Part shown: piece by piece, positions 50,938 through 59,779 of the stretch
How positions within the stretch are numbered: the first letter of the stretch is position 1
How the letters are laid out: each line of letters begins with the position of its first letter
From: Terriglobia bacterium
Lineage (GTDB): Bacteria > Acidobacteriota > Terriglobia > Bryobacterales > UBA6623
Length of the DNA: 64,000 bases
Assembly (NCBI GenBank): GCA_963824095.1
Contig: CAWGNS010000008.1
Span: 755,627 to 819,626 of the forward strand
Direction: 5' to 3'
The notes under the pieces: model-generated
What the model was told of the DNA's origin: nothing
Database searches by the model: none
What the model saw: only the letters and a program-made list of their open reading frames with translations
Translations under genes and position numbers: made by a program

Positions 50938-52023
50938 ATGAGCAAATACCTTCGCATCCGACTCGCCGTGCTGTTCGTCTGCGCCGCCGGGCTGGCCCTG
51001 GCCTACCATCAGGCGCGGCTGGAAGAGATGATGGCCCAGAGCGCGCAGCATCTGGTGAACGCGCTGACTCCCGAGCAGGCGCAGAAGACCCAGTTTGCGT
51101 TCGACGCCGCCGACCGCACGCTATGGCATTTCGTGCCCGACAACAATTTTGAGCAGGTCCACGGCCACCCCCGCCCGGGGCTGACTTTCGGCCAATTGGA
51201 GCCCTACCAGCGGCGGCTCGCCGACGCCTTGCTCAGCAGCGGCCTCAGCCGGATCGGCTTCCAGAAGGCGGTGACGATCATGAGCCTGGAAGACGTCTTG
51301 CGCCAGAAGGAAAACGACACCACCGGGCGGCGCGACCCGCTGCGTTATCACGTCTCGATCTATGGCAAACCCGAGCCGCAGGGCACCTGGGCGTGGCGCG
51401 TGGAGGGCCATCACGTGTCGGTGAACTACACCATCAAAGACGGCCACATCGTCGGTTCGAGCCCGTCGTTTTTCGGGTCGAATCCCAACGAGGTTCGCGA
51501 GGGCCCGCGGAAGGGCCTGCGCGTGCTGGCCGACGAGCAGGACCTGGCCCACAAGCTGATGAATTCTTTGAACGAGCAGCAGCGCAAGGTCGCCCTGATC
51601 GATCCCAAGGCGTATCCGGAAATTCTGACGGCCTATCAAACGCGCGCCAAGCTCGAAAACCAGCCGCCGGGGATTGCGGCTTCCAAGCTGACCGCCGAGC
51701 AGTTCGAGACCCTGGTCAGCGTGCTCGAAACCTACGCCAACAACATGCCCGCCGAAGTGGCCGAAAAGCGCGTCAAGCAGATCCACGCCACGCCCAAGGA
51801 TAAGATGCTGTTTGCCTGGGCCGGCAGCACCGAGCCGGGCAAGGGCGAGTACTACCGCATTCAGGCGCCGACCTTCCTGGTCGAATACGACAACACGCAA
51901 GACCACAACAACCACAGCCACACGGTGTGGCGCGACTTCAACGGCGATTTCGGCTTTGACGTGCTGGCGATGCACCACCGCCTGTTCAACCATGGACAGG
52001 AGTTGCTCGCGGCCGCGGACTAG
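50938..52023 (+). CDS. DUF3500 domain protein (secreted)
   Basis: WHFVP, WRVEGHHVSVN, FFGSNP, YYRIQ..LVEYDN, NHSHTVWRD..GDFG; TATAAT at 50902-50907. Confidence 0.85.
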   Translation: MSKYLRIRLAVLFVCAAGLALAYHQARLEEMMAQSAQHLVNALTPEQAQKTQFAFDAADRTLWHFVPDNNFEQVHGHPRPGLTFGQLEPYQRRLADALLSSGLSRIGFQKAVTIMSLEDVLRQKENDTTGRRDPLRYHVSIYGKPEPQGTWAWRVEGHHVSVNYTIKDGHIVGSSPSFFGSNPNEVREGPRKGLRVLADEQDLAHKLMNSLNEQQRKVALIDPKAYPEILTAYQTRAKLENQPPGIAASKLTAEQFETLVSVLETYANNMPAEVAEKRVKQIHATPKDKMLFAWAGSTEPGKGEYYRIQAPTFLVEYDNTQDHNNHSHTVWRDFNGDFGFDVLAMHHRLFNHGQELLAAAD

Positions 52024-52033
52024 ATGGCGGCGG

Positions 52034-52411
52034 TTATTCGCGGTTGATCATGAAGGTGGCGGTTCCGGCGAAGAACTGAAGCAGAGTGCCGGCAACCTCC
52101 GGCGGTAGTTCGGCTTGCTCGATCGCCCGCTGCATCAAAGCCATCCAGCGGTCGCGCGCCGTCTGGTCGATAGAGAACGGCATGTGACGCATGCGCAACC
52201 GCGGGTGGCCGCGCTGCTCGGCGTAACGCGTTGGACCGCCGAAGCGCATCACCAGGAAGTCGCGCAGCCGCTGCTCGGCTCCCGCAAGGTCGCCGGCGGG
52301 GTACATCGGCCCCAGGATGTCGTCGCCAGGCACCTGACTGTAGAACGCCCGCACTAGACGGTGGAATCCATCCTCGCCGATGACTTCGTAGAGATTCTCG
52401 TTCAATAACAT
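52034..52411 (-). CDS. Group II truncated haemoglobin (GlbO-like)
   Basis: LYEVIG...F..LV.AFY, FGGP..Y...RGHPRLRMRH, RDRW, FMIN. Confidence 0.9.
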   Translation of the reverse strand: MLLNENLYEVIGEDGFHRLVRAFYSQVPGDDILGPMYPAGDLAGAEQRLRDFLVMRFGGPTRYAEQRGHPRLRMRHMPFSIDQTARDRWMALMQRAIEQAELPPEVAGTLLQFFAGTATFMINRE

Positions 52412-52442
52412 TGTGTTTGGTTGCCGGCGGACGATTGTCCCC

Positions 52443-52592
52443 GTAGCGCAGGGCTGGTGCCTTTCCAGACCCGCGGCTTTTGGGGACGGCAGGGTCCCCT
52501 CATCCGTTTCCACGGGCAGCCCATTCCTACGGCGGCGCGTGTGCGCTTTCCGGCCTGATGGAATGCCGCAGGTCTGCGAAAAACACCCAGCC
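52443..52592. repeat. REP-like family B, inverted doublet
   Basis: GTAGCGCAGGGCTGG..AGACCCGCGGC with a partial inverted copy GCCGCAGGTCTG..CAGCC. Confidence 0.7.
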
Positions 52593-52610
52593 AAGCGCGA
52601 CGGGCGCCGC

Positions 52611-53534
52611 CTAGACGGGCACGGTTCGCAGGTATTGGTAGCTCTGGCGCAGGCTGGCTACCGGGTCGCCGGGCGTCTGGTCCTGCTCGACGAAATAGTG
52701 CTCCACGCCCGATTCCCCGGCCGCCTTGAGAATCGCGGCAAAGTCGAGCGTGCCGCTGCCGACTTCCTTGAAATCTTCGGCGGGAAGGCCCTCTTTGAAC
52801 TGCTGCGGCGTGTCGGCGGCCTTGTCTTTCAAGTGAACCAGCGGCGCGCGGCCGGCGTAGGTATGCAGCATCTCGACCGGATCCTGCCCGGCGACGCTGA
52901 CCCAAAACACGTCGATCTCCAACGCCAGCAGAGCGGGGTCGCTGCTGCTCATCAACGTGCCCAGCGGCGTCGAGCCGTCGATCGGCTCGAAGTCGAAGGC
53001 GTGATTGTGATAGCACAGCCGCAGGCCGGCGTCCTTGGCCGCTTGGCCGACCTTGTTGAGCCGTTCGCCCAGCGCGCGGTAGACGTCGAGGCCGCCGCGC
53101 TTCTCGTTGGGGACGTAAGGCATCACGACGTAGCTGATCCCGGCGGTGTGGGCCTTCTCGAATGTCGCGGCCAGGGCCGAGGCCGGGTCGGAGCTGCCGA
53201 GAACCTGATTGGAGTCCAGGTGCATGCTGACCGCTTTGAGTCCCATCTCCGACGCCAGCGGCGGCACGGTGTCCAGATTGGCTTGCAGCATCTCGACCTC
53301 TTTGTAGCCGATGTCGGCGATGGCCTGCAGTGTCTCCTTCATCTTGTCAGGGAAAACAGTCCGCACGGTATAGAGCTGGGCCCCGAGGTCTTTGGAGAAG
53401 GTCGTGGGGGCGACGGGCTCGGTCTTGGCCTCGGGCGCGCTCGGGGGCGAGGAGCAGGCGGCCAACAGGCCCGCGCCGCCGGCCGCGGCGGTCCATTTGA
53501 CGAAATCACGACGTGACGTGGTCTGGCGATTCAT
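52611..53534 (-). CDS. Sugar phosphate isomerase/epimerase (xylose isomerase-like TIM barrel), Tat lipoprotein
   Basis: SRRDFVK plus LAAC lipobox; QLYTVR, YHNHAFDF, HLKD, VGSG.LDF, VEQD. Confidence 0.88.
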   Translation of the reverse strand: MNRQTTSRRDFVKWTAAAGGAGLLAACSSPPSAPEAKTEPVAPTTFSKDLGAQLYTVRTVFPDKMKETLQAIADIGYKEVEMLQANLDTVPPLASEMGLKAVSMHLDSNQVLGSSDPASALAATFEKAHTAGISYVVMPYVPNEKRGGLDVYRALGERLNKVGQAAKDAGLRLCYHNHAFDFEPIDGSTPLGTLMSSSDPALLALEIDVFWVSVAGQDPVEMLHTYAGRAPLVHLKDKAADTPQQFKEGLPAEDFKEVGSGTLDFAAILKAAGESGVEHYFVEQDQTPGDPVASLRQSYQYLRTVPV

Positions 53535-53592
53535 TGCACAACCTCTCTTGGGGTAGCACGCGCGCGAAACAGCTCGCTCGCGTGAGTCACAC

Positions 53593-54042
53593 TCAGCCCG
53601 GCGGAAAATCCGGGCGCAATTGAACGAACTCCACCAACAACCCATCGGGGTCGAGCGCGCATACAACGCCCGCCGCATCGGGCGCCGTCACCGGCTCGGC
53701 CAGGAACTTCACTCCCTTGGCGCTAAGCTCATCGTACGTCTTCCAGGCGTCGTCGACGAAAAACGTCAGCCAACGGACGCCGGCCGCGAAGTCGGGCGAG
53801 CGGCGCGCCGGCGGGCCCTGGATCTCCATCAGTTTGATGAGCGTTTCCCCGGCTTTGAGGCGCACTTGCCGGAACGGGCGGGGCGCCAGGCCGGCCCCCA
53901 CGGCGACTGCGGCGGGAATCTGGATGTCGAGCGCCAGCGGCAGGCCGAGCAGGTCGCGGTAGAAATGCAGGGACTCCTCGAAGTGACTACAGACGATGCC
54001 AACGTCGACGAACGGGCGCTTGGGCGTGGAGGTGTTTTCCAT
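53593..54042 (-). CDS. VOC/glyoxalase family protein
   Basis: VGIVC...EESLHFYRDLLGL, DPDGLLVEF. Confidence 0.88.
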   Translation of the reverse strand: MENTSTPKRPFVDVGIVCSHFEESLHFYRDLLGLPLALDIQIPAAVAVGAGLAPRPFRQVRLKAGETLIKLMEIQGPPARRSPDFAAGVRWLTFFVDDAWKTYDELSAKGVKFLAEPVTAPDAAGVVCALDPDGLLVEFVQLRPDFPPG

Positions 54043-54212
54043 GTTGCTTCGATGCGGGGCCGGGACACAAGCGGTTGGATGCGATAACCGGCGGATCGCA
54101 AACAATGTAACACCTTCTGTTGTTCCGGCGGCTGGACTCCCTTTCGGCGATGTGTGTTTCGTGGTGTGCGGGACCGGCCTGGATGGGAGCCTGGCGCGTC
54201 TCCGCAGTTCCG

Positions 54213-55028
54213 CTAGCGCATACCTTGATAGGCTTCGTCGCGGTGAAAGAAGTTAGGGGTTCCGCAGTGAGGGCAGGTATAGGTCCAGCCCAGCGGCGAA
54301 CGGCGGCGGGCGCGCCCGCTGGCGAGCAAATCGCGGGAATCGCAGCCCGACCCGCAACGCACGCAGGTATTCACCCAGATGCGCGCGCTCACCGGCTCGG
54401 GCACGGCGCCGAAGTAAAGCGCCCAACCGTAGACGCTGAGCCGCGTTCCCAGCCAGCGGTCGCAGACGCGAAACAGGCGGTTGGCCCAACGCAGAATGCC
54501 TTCGCGGCCGCCGCCGAGCAGCCAGAGCCTTCGCGGCGCCGGCTCGGTGTGATTGCGCGCGTTGAGAAACGAAAGCGAGCTGCAGAGTACGCGCCCGCCC
54601 GCGTAGCCGAACCCGGTTTTTGCGGTGACACGCTCGATGACGTCCGACGCCGAGCGGAAAGCGTTGACGTGGCCGCCGCCGCGGCCCAGCCAGCGATAGA
54701 CGCGGTCGGTGAGGGTCGAGGCGTCGGGTACGGCGACGAACAACGAGCCGCCGGGGGCGAGCACGCGGCCGATTTCGCTCAAGGCGGCGTCGAGCTGTTC
54801 GAAATGTTCCAGGCTGTGGTTGGAGATGACGCTGTTGCAACAATGATCGCGAAACGGGAGGCGGGAAGCATCGGCTCGAACCGCGGCGGCGCCGTCTTGC
54901 GGCAGGGGCGGGTTCAGGTCCACGCGGACGGTGACGGCGGCAACGGCGGAGGCGTCAAAGCTGCCGGACTTGCTGCCCAGGTCGAGAACGATTTGGCCCG
55001 CCCGCAGGTGGCGCAGGATTTCATGCAC
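54213..55028 (-). CDS. Class I SAM-dependent methyltransferase with C-terminal Zn-ribbon
   Basis: VLDLGSKSG, ADASRLPF, HSLEH, RVLAPGG; CVRC..CPHC. Confidence 0.8.
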   Translation of the reverse strand: MHEILRHLRAGQIVLDLGSKSGSFDASAVAAVTVRVDLNPPLPQDGAAAVRADASRLPFRDHCCNSVISNHSLEHFEQLDAALSEIGRVLAPGGSLFVAVPDASTLTDRVYRWLGRGGGHVNAFRSASDVIERVTAKTGFGYAGGRVLCSSLSFLNARNHTEPAPRRLWLLGGGREGILRWANRLFRVCDRWLGTRLSVYGWALYFGAVPEPVSARIWVNTCVRCGSGCDSRDLLASGRARRRSPLGWTYTCPHCGTPNFFHRDEAYQGMR

Positions 55029-55097
55029 GGGAGTCGATTCTACTGCACGCCGGCGGCTGGGATCGACTGCCTCCGGAGGCTCAGCGCGCCCTCGCGC

Positions 55098-55436
55098 TCA
55101 TGCGGCCGGTTCGATCAAGGCCGCCATCGATCCGGCCGAGCGCGGCAGCCGCCAGTCAGCGCCGTAGGAATGAATCTGATCGCGCTTTTTCTCGGCCTCG
55201 GTCAGCGGATACGTCGCCAGGCGGCTATGGCCCTTGGTGTCGACCTCCACGGTGTGCTCGTACGCTTTGGTCTCGTCGAAGGCGAAAATCTCGACGAGCA
55301 TCTCGACGACGTAATCGTAGGTGTGATCGTCGTCGTTGAGCAGAATGACGTGATAAAGCCGGTCGGTATCGTCGTGGGTTTTCTCGCCCTCGACGATCTC
55401 CTCTTCGACTTCGGGAAGCACGACTGCCGAACTCAT
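55098..55436 (-). CDS. clpS: ATP-dependent Clp protease adaptor ClpS
   Basis: YHVILLNDDDHTYDYVV, C-terminal IEPA. Confidence 0.88.
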   Translation of the reverse strand: MSSAVVLPEVEEEIVEGEKTHDDTDRLYHVILLNDDDHTYDYVVEMLVEIFAFDETKAYEHTVEVDTKGHSRLATYPLTEAEKKRDQIHSYGADWRLPRSAGSMAALIEPAA

Positions 55437-55682
55437 ATCCGTGAACGACCGCGAAAATTGCCCCGCAAAGAACAGGGGGCTGGAAGTTTGATCTGACTAC
55501 ACCCGGCGACAGCGGATCGCGTGCGCGACCCTGGCCGGCTAGGGGCCGGCCTTGGAACGTCGAAATGTATGGTAACACGGCCCTTGCCGCCTCAGGGGCG
55601 TGTGAGATCCGCCCGTTCCCGACACTCCGTGGAGAACGGTCCGATGTTGGCCCCTTGGGAGTCCGATTACAATGAGTCTGGC

Positions 55683-55955
55683 ATGACGGTTCACCTCACC
55701 CCGGAACTGCAACGGCTGATTGAGAGCAAACTCAAGACCGGCCGCTACGGTTCGGCCAGCGAAGTCGTTCGCGTCGCGTTGCGGCTCTTGGAAGAGCACG
55801 ACCGCCTGCAGCAGGTTTCGATCGAGGACGCGCGAGAGAAGATCGCCGAAGGCCTCGATCAGCTCCGCCGCGGGGAGCGTTGGGACGGCGAGCAGGTTTT
55901 TGAAGAACTGGAAGCCGAACTCGACAGGCAGACCAAGCCCGCAGCGTCCGGATGA
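55683..55955 (+). CDS. parD: Type II antitoxin, ParD (RHH, CC2985-like)
   Basis: MTVHLTPEL...GRYGSASEVVRVALRLLE; ATGA overlap with the toxin. Confidence 0.9.
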   Translation: MTVHLTPELQRLIESKLKTGRYGSASEVVRVALRLLEEHDRLQQVSIEDAREKIAEGLDQLRRGERWDGEQVFEELEAELDRQTKPAASG

Positions 55956-56242
55956 GCCGCTATTATCTTTCGGCCGCCGCCCGCCAAGACCTTCGCGATA
56001 TCCAAAGCTACATCGCCGCCGACAACATCGACGCGGCGCGCAAAGTCATGCGCGACTTGAGGTCGTCGTTTCGGCGGCTGGCGCGGCACCCCCAGATCGG
56101 TCACAGCCGGCGCGACCTGACCGACCAACCCGTGCGCTTCTGGTCCGTTTACTCCTATCTCGTCGTCTACAGGGACGACGTTCGGCCGATTGAGGTCGTA
56201 CGCGTCTTGCATGGCGCCCGCGCCGTGGAGCGCTTGCTCTAG
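55952..56242 (+). CDS. parE: Type II toxin, RelE/ParE family
   Basis: LS..ARQDL.DI..YIA.DN, P.IG..R.DL, YLVVY, VVRVLHGAR. Confidence 0.9.
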   Translation: MSRYYLSAAARQDLRDIQSYIAADNIDAARKVMRDLRSSFRRLARHPQIGHSRRDLTDQPVRFWSVYSYLVVYRDDVRPIEVVRVLHGARAVERLL

Positions 56243-56271
56243 CTGCCGGTTTGCCGCCTCGCTCAGGTGGT

Positions 56272-58581
56272 TTATTCGCTCGACTCGGCGTCGCCGAGCC
56301 AGGAAAACTCGGTGCGGGTTTCCGGATAGGCGACGCGGTCGGCGCGCACGCGCACGCGGTCGCCGATGGTGAGGCGCTTCTTGCCGCGCGGGCTCACGAA
56401 CGCGCGCTGGTTCTCGCGGTATTCGAAGCGCTCGCACGCGAACGAGGCGAGCGGCACGATCCCTTCGATGAACAGGTCGAGCAGTTCGACAAACAGGCCG
56501 TAGGGGGTTGCGGCGACGATGATGGCGTCGAACTCTTCGCCCAGCCGCGCCTCCATGAAGCGGGCTTTCTTCCAGTCGAGCAGAGCCCGCTCGGCGTCGG
56601 CGGCGCGGCGCTCGGTCATCGAGGTCTCGGTGGCGATCCCGGCCAATTCGCGCTCGCGCAGCGGGCCGGACTCTTTCGGGTCGGTGTAGGGGCTGGCCGG
56701 GCCCTGGTCGAGCAGCCACGTCAGCAGGCGATGCACCACCAGGTCGGGATAGCGCCGGATCGGCGAGGTGAAATGCGTGTAGCTGGCGGCGGCCAGGGCG
56801 AAGTGGCCGGCGTTCTTCTCGCTGTAGCGCGCCTGCTTGAGCGACCGCAGCATCTGGTAGCTCAGGATGCGCTCTTCGGGTTTGCCGGCGATCCGCGCGA
56901 TGAGCTTCTGGTAGTGGCGCGGCGAGATCTCCATTTCGCCGCCGGCGATCGTCACGGGCGGCCGCTTGGAGCCGTCGCGGCGGCGGGGCCGGTACGACAG
57001 CCGTTTGCGCGGCACGTCGACGCCGAGCGAATAGCCGAATTTCGACGCCAGGTCTTCGAACTCCAGCACGCGTTGCGGGTCCGGCTCTTCGTGGATGCGG
57101 TAGAGCGAGGGAATCCCCTTCTTCTCCAGGCGCTGCGCGACCGCCTCGTTGGCCGCCAGCATGAACTCCTCGATCAGGCGGTGGGCGATGTTGCGCTCGC
57201 GGCGCCCGACTCCGCTCATCATGCCCAGCTCGTCGAATTCGATCACCGGCTCGGGCAGGTCGAAATCGATCGAGCCACGGCGGTCGCGCTTGCGATGGAG
57301 AATCGTCGCCAGCTCTTTCATCAGCCGGAAGCGCTCGACGAGCTTTTCGTAGCGGCGGCACTGTTCGGGGTCGTCTTCGAGCACCAGGTTGACGTTGGTG
57401 TAGGTCATGCGCTCGACGCTGCGGATGACGCCGCGGCAGAACTCGGCGCTCCGCGTTGTGCCCTGCGCATCGATCTCGAGCAGCGCCGAGACCACCAGAC
57501 GGTCGACGCCGGGGTTCAGCGAGCAGATCCCGGTGGAAAGCTCGGTGGGCAGCATCGGCACGGCGCGGTCGGGGAAATAGACGCTGGTGCCGCGCAGATG
57601 GGCTTCCTGATCGATCGCCGAGCCCGGCCGCACATAGTGGCTGACGTCGGCGATGTGCACCTGGAGCTGGAAGCCGCCGTTGGCGAGCCGCTCGACCCAG
57701 ACCGCATCGTCGAAATCGCGGGCCGTCTCGCCGTCGATGGTCACGATATCGAGATCGCGGAAGTCGCGGCGGTGTTTTCGCTCTTCCTCGCCGATCGCTT
57801 CCGAGACGCGCATCACCTCGTCCTGCACTTCCGGCGGGAAGCGGTAGGGCAGGTGGAATTTGCGGATGATCACCTCGACGTCGACGCCGAAATCGCCGGG
57901 CCGGCCGAGGATTTCGACGACGCGTCCGCGCGCTTCCTGCAGGCGGGTCGGGAACTGCGTCACCGCCACGTTGACGATCAGCCCGTCGAGGTCCTGGGGG
58001 GAGTGCACTTCGACAGCGCGCGCGTCGCCCAGCCGTTCGCCGGCGGAGGTCGAGCGCGGCAGTTCCTCGCCGGCCGGAATGACGATCTGCTGCTGCACGC
58101 GTTCGTCGTGGGGAATGACGTGGCTGCCGCGGGGCGAATAGCGGAACTCGCCCACGATATAGTCGTGGGCGCGGCTGAGAATGCGCTGAACCTTGCCCTC
58201 GGCGCGGCCGTCGCCGCGCAGTTTCGCCACTTTCGCCATCACCCGGTCGCCGTGCATGGCGTCGGCCGTGGCGGTGTGGGGGATGTAGAGATCGCCGTCG
58301 AGACCCACGATGGGCCGGTCGGGAATGACGAAGCCGAAACCGCGGCGATGGAGGCTGAAGCGTCCCGTGATCAGCTCGGAATCCTCGCCGGGCACGGCGT
58401 AGTGCCCCGCGCGCACCTCGGCCAGCCGGCCTTGCTCGACAAGCCGTTCGAGGTTGGCGGCCAGTGCGGTGCGCCGCGGGCCTCTCGCCCCCAACTGCTT
58501 CACCAGATGCTTGAAGGTGGCACGGCCGTGCGGCTGCCGCCGGATATGCTCCACCAGATCGTAAGCGTCCACTGGTTCCAC
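56272..58581 (-). CDS. rnr: Ribonuclease R
   Basis: GFGFV cold-shock domain, TIDGETARDFDDA, VHIADVS, EEFMLAANE, YTHFTSPIRRYPDL, S1 domain. Confidence 0.95.
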   Translation of the reverse strand: MEPVDAYDLVEHIRRQPHGRATFKHLVKQLGARGPRRTALAANLERLVEQGRLAEVRAGHYAVPGEDSELITGRFSLHRRGFGFVIPDRPIVGLDGDLYIPHTATADAMHGDRVMAKVAKLRGDGRAEGKVQRILSRAHDYIVGEFRYSPRGSHVIPHDERVQQQIVIPAGEELPRSTSAGERLGDARAVEVHSPQDLDGLIVNVAVTQFPTRLQEARGRVVEILGRPGDFGVDVEVIIRKFHLPYRFPPEVQDEVMRVSEAIGEEERKHRRDFRDLDIVTIDGETARDFDDAVWVERLANGGFQLQVHIADVSHYVRPGSAIDQEAHLRGTSVYFPDRAVPMLPTELSTGICSLNPGVDRLVVSALLEIDAQGTTRSAEFCRGVIRSVERMTYTNVNLVLEDDPEQCRRYEKLVERFRLMKELATILHRKRDRRGSIDFDLPEPVIEFDELGMMSGVGRRERNIAHRLIEEFMLAANEAVAQRLEKKGIPSLYRIHEEPDPQRVLEFEDLASKFGYSLGVDVPRKRLSYRPRRRDGSKRPPVTIAGGEMEISPRHYQKLIARIAGKPEERILSYQMLRSLKQARYSEKNAGHFALAAASYTHFTSPIRRYPDLVVHRLLTWLLDQGPASPYTDPKESGPLRERELAGIATETSMTERRAADAERALLDWKKARFMEARLGEEFDAIIVAATPYGLFVELLDLFIEGIVPLASFACERFEYRENQRAFVSPRGKKRLTIGDRVRVRADRVAYPETRTEFSWLGDAESSE

Positions 58582-58650
58582 TATATCGTTCGCGATGGTT
58601 TGGAGCGCTGCGGCCGAGGGAACCGCCTAAGAAGCCGGGCCCGGCTCGAA

Positions 58651-58787
58651 GTGGCGCGGGCCTCAGGCCGGCGGCGTCGACCTAAGGGTCGACGTTCTTG
58701 TCCCGTTGGCATATTCCGCGCAGATCCCCGACGCAGCGCGCCGCCGGGTGGTTCGAAAGCCGCAGGTCTCTGCGAGCCCTGCGCTAC
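58651..58787. repeat. Mixed REP cluster: family A (+) and family B (-)
   Basis: GTGGCGCGGGCCTCAGGCCGGCGGCGTCGACCTAAGGGTCGAC (58651-58693) and GCCGCAGGTCT..AGCCCTGCGCTAC (58759-58787). Confidence 0.8.
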
Positions 58788-58999
58788 GGGTTGGACCAAC
58801 CCTGGGTTCCGTTCGGGTCGTTCTGACGGTTTGCGCCGCACTATCCCATCGAATGCGCTAAGATATCCGGCGAACTGGGCCTGGTCTTGGTGCACGCGGT
58901 ACGGGGCGCATCGAACCGGCAACGGCCCTGGGGTTTCGGATCCAAGTCGATACCGGCGGGAGCACCACCAACCCGCACAACAGCACAGCGAGGTAGCCA

Positions 59000-59779
59000 G
59001 TGTTCCTGCGGACCGCTGCTGTTCTATTCGCTTTCTCGGCCACGGCTTTGTGGGCACAGCCCAAGCCGGTGACGAATCCGCATACCACCGCCGAAGACGT
59101 TGCCGCCGGCGGGCGCATCTTCCACGCCCATTGCGCGGTGTGCCACGGTCCCGACGGCAGCGGCGGCCGGGGCGCTAACCTGACCCGCGGCGCATTCCGC
59201 CACGGCAGCAGCGACGAAGATCTCTACACCATCGTCTCCGAAGGTATTCCCGGCACCGAGATGCCCGGCGTTTTTTTCAACGGCACGCAGTTGTGGCAGG
59301 TGGTCGCCTACGTGCGCTCGCTCAACCAACGCAGCGCTCCCACGGCGCTGCCCGGCGACGCAGGGCGGGGCAAACAGCTCTTTTCCGGGAAGGGCGGCTG
59401 CGCGATGTGCCACATGGTGAACGGCGAGGGCGGTCGGCTGGGGCCCGACCTGAGCCTGATCGGCGAGACGCGCTCGGCCGAACATCTGCGAACTTCCCTG
59501 TTGAAACCCAACGCGCGCATCATCCCCTCGGACCGCTCGGTCCGCGCGGTCACCCGCGACGGCAAAACGATCACGGGCCGCAGGCTGAACGAGGATACCT
59601 ACTCCGTGCAGCTTCTCGATTCGCGTCAGAATCTGGTCTCGCTGCTCAAGGATGACCTGGCCGAATACGAAGTGATTCGAGAATCGGCGATGCCGTCTTA
59701 CGAGGGCAAGCTCAGCGACGCCGAGCTCGACGACCTGGTGGCCTATCTGGCGAGTCTGCAAAGGAAGGGAAACCGATGA
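59000..59779 (+). CDS. Di-haem c-type cytochrome (putative haem-binding domain)
   Basis: Signal peptide; CAVCH and CAMCH; GPDLS, SAMP, DLVAYL. Confidence 0.9.
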   Translation: MFLRTAAVLFAFSATALWAQPKPVTNPHTTAEDVAAGGRIFHAHCAVCHGPDGSGGRGANLTRGAFRHGSSDEDLYTIVSEGIPGTEMPGVFFNGTQLWQVVAYVRSLNQRSAPTALPGDAGRGKQLFSGKGGCAMCHMVNGEGGRLGPDLSLIGETRSAEHLRTSLLKPNARIIPSDRSVRAVTRDGKTITGRRLNEDTYSVQLLDSRQNLVSLLKDDLAEYEVIRESAMPSYEGKLSDAELDDLVAYLASLQRKGNR

